64,000 nt of DNA from positions 512,001-576,000 of the forward strand of contig JBPOGI010000001.1 of the NCBI GenBank assembly GCA_051251855.1. Direction: 5' to 3'. The notes under the pieces were generated by a model. That model saw only the letters and a list, made by a program, of their open reading frames with translations, was not told the origin of the DNA and ran no database searches. Numbering within the stretch: the first letter of the stretch is position 1; every line of letters begins with the position of its first letter. The stretch is from Roseibacillus sp. Its GTDB lineage: Bacteria > Verrucomicrobiota > Verrucomicrobiia > Verrucomicrobiales > Akkermansiaceae. Of the stretch, positions 10,129 to 18,365 are shown piece by piece. A program made the translations under genes and the position numbers.

Positions 10129-11049
10129 TTAGGCGTTGCGAAGCTTGGGGTCCATGAAGATGAGAGCGAGGTCTGAGAGGAGGTTGGCAATGCCCATCAG
10201 GATTCCGTAGAAGAGGACAAGGGCGAGAACGAGGTTGTAGTCTTTGGAGGTGATACCGGTGACGAAGTGTTGACCCATACCGGGAACGAGGAAGATGTTT
10301 TCGACTACGAAGGAGCCGGTGATGATGGCGGCGAAGGCAGGTCCCAAATAGGTCACTGCGGGCATGAGAGCGGGTCGCAGGGCGTGCTTGGTGATGATTT
10401 GGAGGGAGGGAACTCCTTTGGCGCGGGCGGTGCGGATGTAGTCCTGCGAGAGGACGTCAAGCATGCCACCACGAGTGAGTCGCGCGAGGTAGGCGGCAAC
10501 GCCGAATGAAAGGGTGATGGCAGGGAGGATAATATCAGAGGGGCGGGACCAACCGGCAACGTTGAGCCAACCGAGGGGTTTGGCGATGTTGATTTGGAAT
10601 ATGGGGCCGAGGACAAAGGCGACGACACAAATTCCGGCCATGGCAACAATCATGGCGATGTAGTCGAGGGACTTGTTGTGATTGAGAGCGGCAATGATAC
10701 CCAAGGGAATACCAATCAAGATTCCGAGGGTTAGAGAGACGAGGCCAAGGGTGACGGATACGGGGAACGACTGTGCGATAAGGTCAGAGACTTTTCGCCC
10801 TTTCATGGAGAGCGAGTCGCCGAAGTCGCCCCGTGACAGAATGTTGCCCCAGTATTTGAGGTATTGCACGGGCAGCGGTTTATCGAGTCCGTAGTAGGCT
10901 TCTAGGGCGGCTTGCTCTTCGGGCGAAGTCGCTTTGTCACTCGCGAAGGGATTGCCGGGAATGGCCCTGACCGAGAAAAAGGTGAAGGTGACCAGCAGAA
11001 AGACGACCACCACGGTCTGGAACAGGCGGGATAGAATGGTTTTGAGCAT
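10129..11049 (-). CDS. oppB: Oligopeptide/dipeptide ABC transporter permease (OppB-like)
   Basis: IPGNPF, YGLDKPLPVQY, QDYIRTARAKG, GSFVVENIFLVPGMG, DPKLR. Confidence 0.9.
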   Translation of the reverse strand: MLKTILSRLFQTVVVVFLLVTFTFFSVRAIPGNPFASDKATSPEEQAALEAYYGLDKPLPVQYLKYWGNILSRGDFGDSLSMKGRKVSDLIAQSFPVSVTLGLVSLTLGILIGIPLGIIAALNHNKSLDYIAMIVAMAGICVVAFVLGPIFQINIAKPLGWLNVAGWSRPSDIILPAITLSFGVAAYLARLTRGGMLDVLSQDYIRTARAKGVPSLQIITKHALRPALMPAVTYLGPAFAAIITGSFVVENIFLVPGMGQHFVTGITSKDYNLVLALVLFYGILMGIANLLSDLALIFMDPKLRNA

Positions 11050-11160
11050 GGTGGAGAACGAAGGGTGGGGGTCAGAAACAAAGAATCCTTTATGCCTTAA
11101 CCCGACGCCAGTTTTCGATCGTGCCGTTGGGAAAGTCAAGGAACGGCGTAGCCATCACCA

Positions 11161-12408
11161 CTATCGATTAAGAGCTTCTAATCTCTGCAGCACCGGCGGG
11201 TGAGAGTGGTGCAGAAAGACTTCCAGAGGATGAGGGGTGAGATTAGAGAGGTTGTTGCGAGAAAGCTTTTTAAGAGCCATAGAGAGGTGTTCAGGGGTTC
11301 CTTGAACCGTTTTTGCGTAATGGTCGGCCTCGAACTCGTGTTTGCGCGAGAGCATGCTGAGTCCGATAGAGATGAGGCGGGAAACGGGTTTGAAAAGGAT
11401 GAAGAAAATGACAAGGCCGACATAGAGGGAGATTTGGTCGACTTGGAAGGCAGTAAAGAGAGTGCGCGCGAAGGCGGAGTCGGGTGAGGTGACCAAGCCT
11501 AAGAGGAAGAAAATGAGTGCGGTTTGGACGATCGAGAGGACGATTCGTTGGATGATGTGCTTCTTTTTGAAGTGACCAATTTCGTGAGCGAGGACGCCGA
11601 CGAGTTCCTCGGTGCTCTGGCTTTCGATGAGAGTGTCGTAGAGGGCAATTTTCTTGAACTTGCCGAAGCCAGTGAAGTAGGCGTTAGATTTGGTGGAGCG
11701 CTTTGAGCCGTCGATGACAAAGAGGCCTACGAGGGGGAAGTCGCATTGTTTGGCCATGGCTTCGATAGCGGACTTGAGTTCTCCGTCTTCCATGGGGGTG
11801 AATTTGTTGAAGAGGGGAAGGATAATGCTGGGGGCAAGGAAAGTGAGGAGGAGGGAAAGTGCGGTCACTGCGAGCCAAGCGTAGACCCAAGCATTGGGCA
11901 AGGTGCCGAAGAGCCAGAGGATGAGGGCGACGAGGGGAATGCCCAGCACGGCAGCCAAAATGAGACCTTTGATTTGGTCTCCGATGAAGGTGCTAGGGGT
12001 GGTCTTGTTGAAGCCAAACTTTTCTTCGTGGACGAAGGTGTGATGGATGTCGAAGGGGAGCGAGATGAGGGTGGAGGCGAGGAAGAGGAAGCCGATGTAG
12101 AAAATACCGGTGACGATTTCGCCAAATCCAAAAGAACGGACCCATTCGTCCAGCCAACCGAAGCCGCCTCCGAACCAGAAGGCGAGGAGGATAGCCAAGG
12201 AGACGATAGATGAAATGATACCAAACTTTGCACCCTCTCGCTCGTAGGCTTGGGATTTGGCGTACTTTTCCTGATCCCAGACGTCAGCGAACTCGCGAGG
12301 GAGTTCAGGCTTGAGATTCTTAAGAGTGAGGAGAGTTGCCACGAAATCGAGTTTCCACAAAAGGAAGAGAGCGATGACGATGAGAAGGGCGAGAGTTGTT
12401 GGGGTCAT
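11161..12408 (-). CDS. M48 family zinc metallopeptidase (Ste24/CAAX-protease-like)
   Basis: PLFNKFTP, DGSKRSTKSNAYFTG, HEIGH, SRKHEFEAD, HSHPPVLQR; multiple TM segments. Confidence 0.95.
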   Translation of the reverse strand: MTPTTLALLIVIALFLLWKLDFVATLLTLKNLKPELPREFADVWDQEKYAKSQAYEREGAKFGIISSIVSLAILLAFWFGGGFGWLDEWVRSFGFGEIVTGIFYIGFLFLASTLISLPFDIHHTFVHEEKFGFNKTTPSTFIGDQIKGLILAAVLGIPLVALILWLFGTLPNAWVYAWLAVTALSLLLTFLAPSIILPLFNKFTPMEDGELKSAIEAMAKQCDFPLVGLFVIDGSKRSTKSNAYFTGFGKFKKIALYDTLIESQSTEELVGVLAHEIGHFKKKHIIQRIVLSIVQTALIFFLLGLVTSPDSAFARTLFTAFQVDQISLYVGLVIFFILFKPVSRLISIGLSMLSRKHEFEADHYAKTVQGTPEHLSMALKKLSRNNLSNLTPHPLEVFLHHSHPPVLQRLEALNR

Positions 12409-12491
12409 TGAGAGAGTTGGAATTGACCATAGTTTGCACGATGGTGCAACGATTTGGGCAGTCGACTAATGGAAGACTTCCTTGGGAGAAT

Positions 12492-12521
12492 AAAAAAATC
12501 GATCCCTTGTGAGGACCGATT
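12492..12521 (-). terminator. Intrinsic terminator downstream of rpsP
   Basis: Minus strand AATCGGTCC-7nt-GGATCGATT followed by a T-tract. Confidence 0.6.
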
Positions 12522-12565
12522 GAGAGGGCTTCTTTGAGTAGAAGCACGGGGAAAGGGTTTGCCGA

Positions 12566-12820
12566 CTATGCGTTCGCTTTTTCAGCCTTACGGGCCTTGC
12601 GAATGATGCTGTTGACGGTTTCGGAGGGCTGAGCGCCATTTCCGAGCCATTTGTCCACCTTTTCTAGGTCGACGGTGTAGTTGACACCTTCTTCCATGGG
12701 GTTGTATGTGCCAACCTGTTCGATAGGGCGTCCGTCACGGCGGTCACGGCTGTCGATGGCTACGATTTTGTAATAAGGACGGTCTTTCGTGCCTTTGCGA
12801 GTCAGTCTGAGTGCTACCAT
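12566..12820 (-). CDS. rpsP: 30S ribosomal protein S16
   Basis: [41 protein letters not shown]...[12 protein letters not shown]. Confidence 0.98.
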   Translation of the reverse strand: MVALRLTRKGTKDRPYYKIVAIDSRDRRDGRPIEQVGTYNPMEEGVNYTVDLEKVDKWLGNGAQPSETVNSIIRKARKAEKANA

Positions 12821-12935
12821 ATCAATTCTTAATTGGGCGGCGGAACGTGGCGGAAGGGCTTACGTTTGCCAAGATAAATATTTGGCAATTTATCGATTTT
12901 TAGTTTCCGTGAGAAGGAGGGAGATTGACCTCCAT

Positions 12936-12967
12936 AAAAAAGAGCCACCCTTAGGTGGCTCTCTTTT
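12936..12967 (-). terminator. Intrinsic terminator downstream of rpmI-rplT
   Basis: AGAGCCACC-CTTA-GGTGGCTCT stem flanked by an A-run and a T-run. Confidence 0.8.
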
Positions 12968-13031
12968 GATTAAAATCGTTACGGCTCTTGGTGTGTGCTA
13001 CCAGCCGGTCGACCTATTAGATAAACGTTCG

Positions 13032-13409
13032 TTAGGCTGCTTTCTTAGCCTTTTCTTCGAGTGCCTGCTTGGCAGCGTCACAGAAGGTGTTGAAAGCACC
13101 GATGTCATTCACGGCCAAATCAGCGAGAACCTTGCGGTCAACGGAGATATTGGCGGCGTTCAATCCTTCGATAAAACGAGAGTAGGTGAGTCCCTGTGCT
13201 CTTGTTCCAGCGTTGATACGCTGAATCCAGAGGCGTCGGAATTGACCTTTGCGTTTCTTGCGGTCGCGATACTCGTATTGACGTGCCTTGTAGACAGCGT
13301 CTTTAGCATAGCGAAACAGTTTGGAGCGGAAGCCGCGGAATCCTTTCGCGCGCAGTAATACGCGTTTCCGGCGTTTCCGGGAAGCTGGTCCATTTGTAGC
13401 TCTTGGCAT
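13032..13409 (-). CDS. rplT: 50S ribosomal protein L20
   Basis: MPRATNGPASRKRRKRVL..AKGFRG...YRDRKKRKGQFRRLWIQRINA...DRKVLADLA. Confidence 0.98.
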   Translation of the reverse strand: MPRATNGPASRKRRKRVLLRAKGFRGFRSKLFRYAKDAVYKARQYEYRDRKKRKGQFRRLWIQRINAGTRAQGLTYSRFIEGLNAANISVDRKVLADLAVNDIGAFNTFCDAAKQALEEKAKKAA

Positions 13410-13516
13410 TAATTATGTTCTACTTGAATAAACGGTTTTTTGTTTTGTTCGTCCCCGGCCGTCTCGTTTATTCAGTTTCCATTGGAAACAGGCGGCGCGG
13501 GGGATTCTGTCTATGG

Positions 13517-13726
13517 TTACCCGAAGGGCAGGTTCTCGCGGATCGATTTGACACAAGTCTCGTCGACCAAGACCGATTTGCCGAGTGAACGCTTACGCTT
13601 ACGAGATTTCTTCGTAAGAATGTGTCGTTTACCCTGCTTGCGGCGCAAGATCTTGCCCGTGCCAGTCACTTTGAATCTCTTAGCGACTGATTTGCGGGTT
13701 TTGGCTTTGCCAGCTGTTCTTGCCAT
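13517..13726 (-). CDS. rpmI: 50S ribosomal protein L35
   Basis: KTRKSVAKRFKVTGTGK...KRHILTKKSRKRKRSL; lies upstream of rplT. ATG at 13726. Confidence 0.97.
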   Translation of the reverse strand: MARTAGKAKTRKSVAKRFKVTGTGKILRRKQGKRHILTKKSRKRKRSLGKSVLVDETCVKSIRENLPFG

Positions 13727-14327
13727 GGGAGGGCGGAAACTAGGTAGTCGCGGCCAAATATCAAGGCGATTCTCAAGATATGAGACGTTTTTTTCGAATC
13801 TGGTAGAAAGTGGTGTTTGTTGGGGCTTCGTGGCTTTGAAGGGGATGGGTTTAGTGCACGACTGATTCGATGCCTGAGAAAAGAGAAAAAAATGAGAATC
13901 TGGCCGATACACTGCGGTCGTAGCGTCTACTGAGGGAGATTTGTTTCTTCTCGATGAAGAGTCATGACTCGGCTCGGAATGTATTTTAATGTAACATAAG
14001 TATTTTGTTTAAATGATTGATGTAAATTTGTTATCTCATCGTTCTCGGGTTCGCCAAAGGTGGGCGAGCCAAAAGTTCGAGAATTATGTCCTGAATGATG
14101 GTTATAAGTTGTGACTGAATGGCTTTTGTTCAGGTCTAGAGTTGTGAGAAGAAGATGAAAAATAATTCCTACAACTGTCGGTTGTAGACACGGAAACTCC
14201 TTTGCCAAAGTCCGCTAGCCCCTTTACTTTCAACCAAAATTCAATGTCATTCAAAACCCCAATTGTTCCTGTGGGAACTTGTAGAAGAATCCCCACAGCG
14301 AGTCATGATCACACCCAACCGTCAAAA

Positions 14328-14717
14328 ATGAGAAAAAACGTGGTGTCCCGAGGACGCTTCTTCCTTGCTGCAGTCAGTTTCCTAATTTTGCGTCTATCCC
14401 TTACTACAACGATCGCTCTCATTGGATGGGTATTGGTTCAGAACGGTGAGATTCAGAGAGAAATTCTGATAGCCTTCGGAATTTCTGCAGCCCTTCTCGT
14501 TTTGTCGAGTATTCACGTAATTTCTAATGGGCGAAAGGTTACTTGCCCTCTTTGTCGAGCTTCTCTCTTTATGTCCTCTCGCAATTTAGTGAAGCCGGGA
14601 GTCCGCAAAATATTGGGTTGCTCAAAAACTCCTCTGGCTTTCTCGCTTTTGACGATGCCTGAGGTGCTCTCTTGTCCGTGTTGTGCGGAGAAAGTTCGTC
14701 TCACTCGAAGTTCATAG
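14328..14717 (+). CDS. Hypothetical membrane protein (2 TM plus CPLC...CPCC zinc ribbon); start may be at 14244
   Basis: Two hydrophobic helices followed by two CxxC motifs. Confidence 0.65.
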   Translation: MRKNVVSRGRFFLAAVSFLILRLSLTTTIALIGWVLVQNGEIQREILIAFGISAALLVLSSIHVISNGRKVTCPLCRASLFMSSRNLVKPGVRKILGCSKTPLAFSLLTMPEVLSCPCCAEKVRLTRSS

Positions 14718-15226
14718 GGAGCAGGGCCCCTCTTCAACAAGTGATTTTGTGAAGCAGCGGAAGCGTAAGCAACTAGCTGTAGAGATGTAGGTGGTGGGAT
14801 TTGCCATGCGAATGTGGGTATTGGGTATGCCGAATGGCTTGATGTCCTTGAGAGATGTCGTCCCAATAGGCTCATAAAAATGAGTAGGTTGAAAAAAGGC
14901 ACATTCCCACGTCACGATGGAGTTGAGGTGAGCCTGTTGAAGGAGGAGAGAGTAGAGACTGAAGGAGTGCTTGAGGCAGTGCGGGTGGACATCTTCAAAA
15001 GTAAGGGCGAAAATTTGAAGGAATTGCTTACTCTCGAGGTATTGAAGCAACGATGTTCACTAACTTGCAAGTTGCTGAGAGTGGGAAGCTCCTTGAAAGA
15101 AAGGGCTAGAATTACTGAAATCTCTCCAAGTCGTGATTCGGGATATGTGGAATTCAGTTTCCAATTCGGAAAAAATTCTTATCCACGCGCCTTTATGGGA
15201 GCCCAGAAAATCTAAAAGTTAAAACA

Positions 15227-16801
15227 ATGAAATACAGTTCTTTATTAATCGGGGTCCTGATGTCGTCTTTCGTCGCTCTCCATGGGGAGGAAGCTCCTCC
15301 AAATGTGGTTCTCATCTTTGCCGATGACTTGGGTTATGGAGATTTGGGCTGCTATGGCGCAACGAAGCTCAAAACACCGAATATTGATAAGTTGGCGGCT
15401 GAGGGGCGGAAGTTCACCGATGCGCATTCGTCCTCGGCGGTTTGCACGCCTTCTCGATTTGGCCTTTTGACGGGAGAGTATCCTTTTCGCGGAAATGGAG
15501 GGAAGGGCATTTGGGGGCCCGCTCCGATTACCTCTCCGCTGCTGATTGATACCGATACCGTCACGGTTGCGGATCTGTTTAAGAATAAGGGATACGATAC
15601 TGCGGTGATTGGGAAATGGCATTTGGGTTTTGGAACCGGCACGAACAAGTGGCAGGAGCCACTGCGACCTGGACCGCAGGACCTTGGTTTTGATTATTAC
15701 TTTGGGATGCCGGTGGTGAATAGTGCGCCGCCTTACTTGTATGTGGAGAATGATGGTATCGTTGGTGGCGACCCTGCGGATCCATTGGTGCATCTCGGTA
15801 GAGGCGCTGGTAAGGAGGCGACGCCCATCACGCCTATTGCCCCGAAAGAAGCGCAACGCAGCGGCAATCAGTTTGGAGGAGCGGTTGAGGCTCATAAGTT
15901 GTTCAACGATTACGAGGTGGGAACGAAGTTGACTGAGAAGGCGACGGACTGGATTAAGTCTCGTGAAAAGAAGCCTTTCTTTCTCTATTTTTCGACCACC
16001 AACGTTCATCACCCCTTCACGCCGGCGAAGCGTTTTCAAGGAACCAGCGAGAGCGGGGTCTACGGGGACTTTGTTCATGAGCTGGACTGGATTGTTGGCG
16101 AGGTCATGAAGAGTCTCGAGGAGAGTGGGGTTGCGGATAACACCCTCGTCATTTTCACCAGTGATAATGGAGGAATGTTCAATCTGGGAGGCCGAGCGGC
16201 TGCTGAGCTAGGTCATCAAATCAATGGCGATCTTCTTGGTTCCAAGTTTGGGATTTGGGAAGGTGGCCACAGGGTGCCCTTCATCGCTTGGTGGCCTAGA
16301 ACAATCAAAGCTGGGAGCGTGTCGAATCAGTTGCTGAGCGGCATCGATTTGTTAGCGACGGTTGCGGAGCTTACCAGTCAGGACCTCGCGGATTCGAAAG
16401 ATAGTATTAGTATGCTGTCCGCTTTGGTCACTGACTCAACAGAGCCACTGCGCGAGGAATTGGTTCTGCAAGCGTCCAAGCAATCGCATGTCTCTCTGAG
16501 GAAGGGAAAGTGGATGTATATCCCCGCGCGCAATGACGGTGGATTTACGGGGTCGAAGCCTGGTCAGCATGCCTGGGGAGGGCCTGCGGTGACCACCCTT
16601 GTGGATACTCCTAACAGTGACATTGAGAACGGAAAGCTCAAGAAGGGTGCTCCTCCGGCGCAGCTCTATGATCTGGAGGCTGATGTGAACCAAACGAAGA
16701 ACCTCTACAACGAGCATCCTGAATTGGTCAAAAAGATGGCGGCTAGCCTCGATGAGGTGAGGCCGAAGTCTGCACCAAGGAAAGGGAAGAAGGGAAAGTA
16801 G
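15227..16801 (+). CDS. S1 formylglycine-dependent sulfatase (secreted)
   Basis: Signal peptide, PNVVLIFADDLGYGD, CTPSR..LLTG, GKWHLG, TSDNG, WEGGHRVP. Confidence 0.95.
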   Translation: MKYSSLLIGVLMSSFVALHGEEAPPNVVLIFADDLGYGDLGCYGATKLKTPNIDKLAAEGRKFTDAHSSSAVCTPSRFGLLTGEYPFRGNGGKGIWGPAPITSPLLIDTDTVTVADLFKNKGYDTAVIGKWHLGFGTGTNKWQEPLRPGPQDLGFDYYFGMPVVNSAPPYLYVENDGIVGGDPADPLVHLGRGAGKEATPITPIAPKEAQRSGNQFGGAVEAHKLFNDYEVGTKLTEKATDWIKSREKKPFFLYFSTTNVHHPFTPAKRFQGTSESGVYGDFVHELDWIVGEVMKSLEESGVADNTLVIFTSDNGGMFNLGGRAAAELGHQINGDLLGSKFGIWEGGHRVPFIAWWPRTIKAGSVSNQLLSGIDLLATVAELTSQDLADSKDSISMLSALVTDSTEPLREELVLQASKQSHVSLRKGKWMYIPARNDGGFTGSKPGQHAWGGPAVTTLVDTPNSDIENGKLKKGAPPAQLYDLEADVNQTKNLYNEHPELVKKMAASLDEVRPKSAPRKGKKGK

Positions 16802-16837
16802 ACTTCGACGAAGGTTGATTCCGCAAACCAAGAGAAA

Positions 16838-18298
16838 ATGGTAAATCGATTTCATGGCGCCCTTTTGACCTCCTTCTGTCTGGTCGCTTTGTGCGGTCAG
16901 ATGAATTGCTTCAGCGCATCCCAGTCGCCCAACGTCATTTTCATTCTCATGGACGACATGGGTTACAGTGATGTCAGTTGCTATGGGGCAACCAAGGTCA
17001 AAACTCCGAATATTGACCGCATGGCGGAGGATGGATTGCAGTTTACGCACTTTCATGCGGCCGCTTCGATTTGCTCGCCTTCGCGGGCGGCGTTTCTCAC
17101 CGGAGCCTATCCTCAAAGGGCGGGGCTCTACATGGGTATTAATCAAAAGCGGGAAGCGCACTGGTTTCTAGGGCTCAATCCCGATGAGGTTACCATTGCG
17201 GAGCAGTTCAAAAAGAAAGGCTACGTGACGGCGATGGTGGGGAAGTGGCACTTGGGTAAGGAAGAGGAATTCTCTTACTATCACCAAGGCTTCGATCACT
17301 ACTATGGAGCTCCGGACAACATGGGGCATAATTCGGCTTTTTATGATGAGCGGAAAATCATCTACAAAAACACGCCCCTAGCAAAGCTTACTACCCTCTA
17401 CACTCAGAGGATGGTGAAGCACGTTGAGGACTTCAAGGATCAGCCTTTTTTTATCTACTTCGCTCACAATTATCCGCACACCCCTTACAAAGCGGGACCT
17501 AAGTTCAAAGGTTCTTCGAAAGATGGGGTGAGAGGGGACATCATTCAGGAAGCAGATTGGGGGGTTGGCGAAATCCTCAAGGCGCTGGAGAAGAACGGGA
17601 TATTGGACAATACCCTCGTGGTCTTCAGCTCAGATAACGGCGCGGTTTCTGCGAAGTATTCTAAGCCCTATAGCGGGACGAAGTATCTTTCACTGGAGGG
17701 TGGCCATCGGGTGCCGTTTATCATGTATTGGAAGGGCGGTATTCAAAAGCCAGCAGTGTTAGATGTTCCGGTGAATGCGATGGATCTCTTTCCGACCTTG
17801 TCTGAGTTGGCGGAGGCACCAATACCTGAGGGCCGGATTTACGATGGGGTGAGATTGACTCCTTTGTTCTCGGGAGGAGAGATTGCTCGCTCGAAGGATG
17901 AGCCTTTCTACTACTACAATTGCGAGAACTTGCAGGCGGTTCGGGTGGGCGACTGGAAGCTGCATTTGCCTCGAACTCAGGAGCAAATTCCTTTTTGGGC
18001 AGTGAAAAAGCAGAAGCCAATTGCGGAGCCGAAGCTCTATAATCTTGCGCAAGAAGTGGGAGAGAAGACCGACTTGGCGTCAGAGCATCCGGAGCGGGTT
18101 TCTGAACTGGTAGCGCTTGCCGAAGAGACTCGTCTGAAGCTGGGAGAATTTGGCAAGCGAGGTTCGGAGCAACGACCTACTGGAACGCTTTTTCCAGAGG
18201 TTCCTATTTTAAGCAATCAGAAGCAGGACTGGGATCCGCTATCGGACGAAGAAAAAGGGCGAGGAAAGAGCGAATTTAAGAAGGTTCGTTCGCGCTAA
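16838..18298 (+). CDS. S1 sulfatase (secreted)
   Basis: PNVIFILMDDMGYSD, CSPSR..FLTG, GKWHLG, SSDNG, EGGHRVP. Confidence 0.95.
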   Translation: MVNRFHGALLTSFCLVALCGQMNCFSASQSPNVIFILMDDMGYSDVSCYGATKVKTPNIDRMAEDGLQFTHFHAAASICSPSRAAFLTGAYPQRAGLYMGINQKREAHWFLGLNPDEVTIAEQFKKKGYVTAMVGKWHLGKEEEFSYYHQGFDHYYGAPDNMGHNSAFYDERKIIYKNTPLAKLTTLYTQRMVKHVEDFKDQPFFIYFAHNYPHTPYKAGPKFKGSSKDGVRGDIIQEADWGVGEILKALEKNGILDNTLVVFSSDNGAVSAKYSKPYSGTKYLSLEGGHRVPFIMYWKGGIQKPAVLDVPVNAMDLFPTLSELAEAPIPEGRIYDGVRLTPLFSGGEIARSKDEPFYYYNCENLQAVRVGDWKLHLPRTQEQIPFWAVKKQKPIAEPKLYNLAQEVGEKTDLASEHPERVSELVALAEETRLKLGEFGKRGSEQRPTGTLFPEVPILSNQKQDWDPLSDEEKGRGKSEFKKVRSR

Positions 18299-18365
18299 GA
18301 GAGCTCCTCCTCACTGGCTCACTGAGTCTTCTAGTAACCTAAAAAAAAGCCGACAGAGTTCCGAT

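Noticed and set aside
14814..15215. 133-aa plus-strand ORF upstream of the first sulfatase, and the 12-bp palindrome AACTTGCAAGTT at 15062-15073
   Set aside because: The ORF has no recognisable motif or signal and overlaps a repeat remnant and the likely promoter region. The palindrome is seen once and cannot be assigned.
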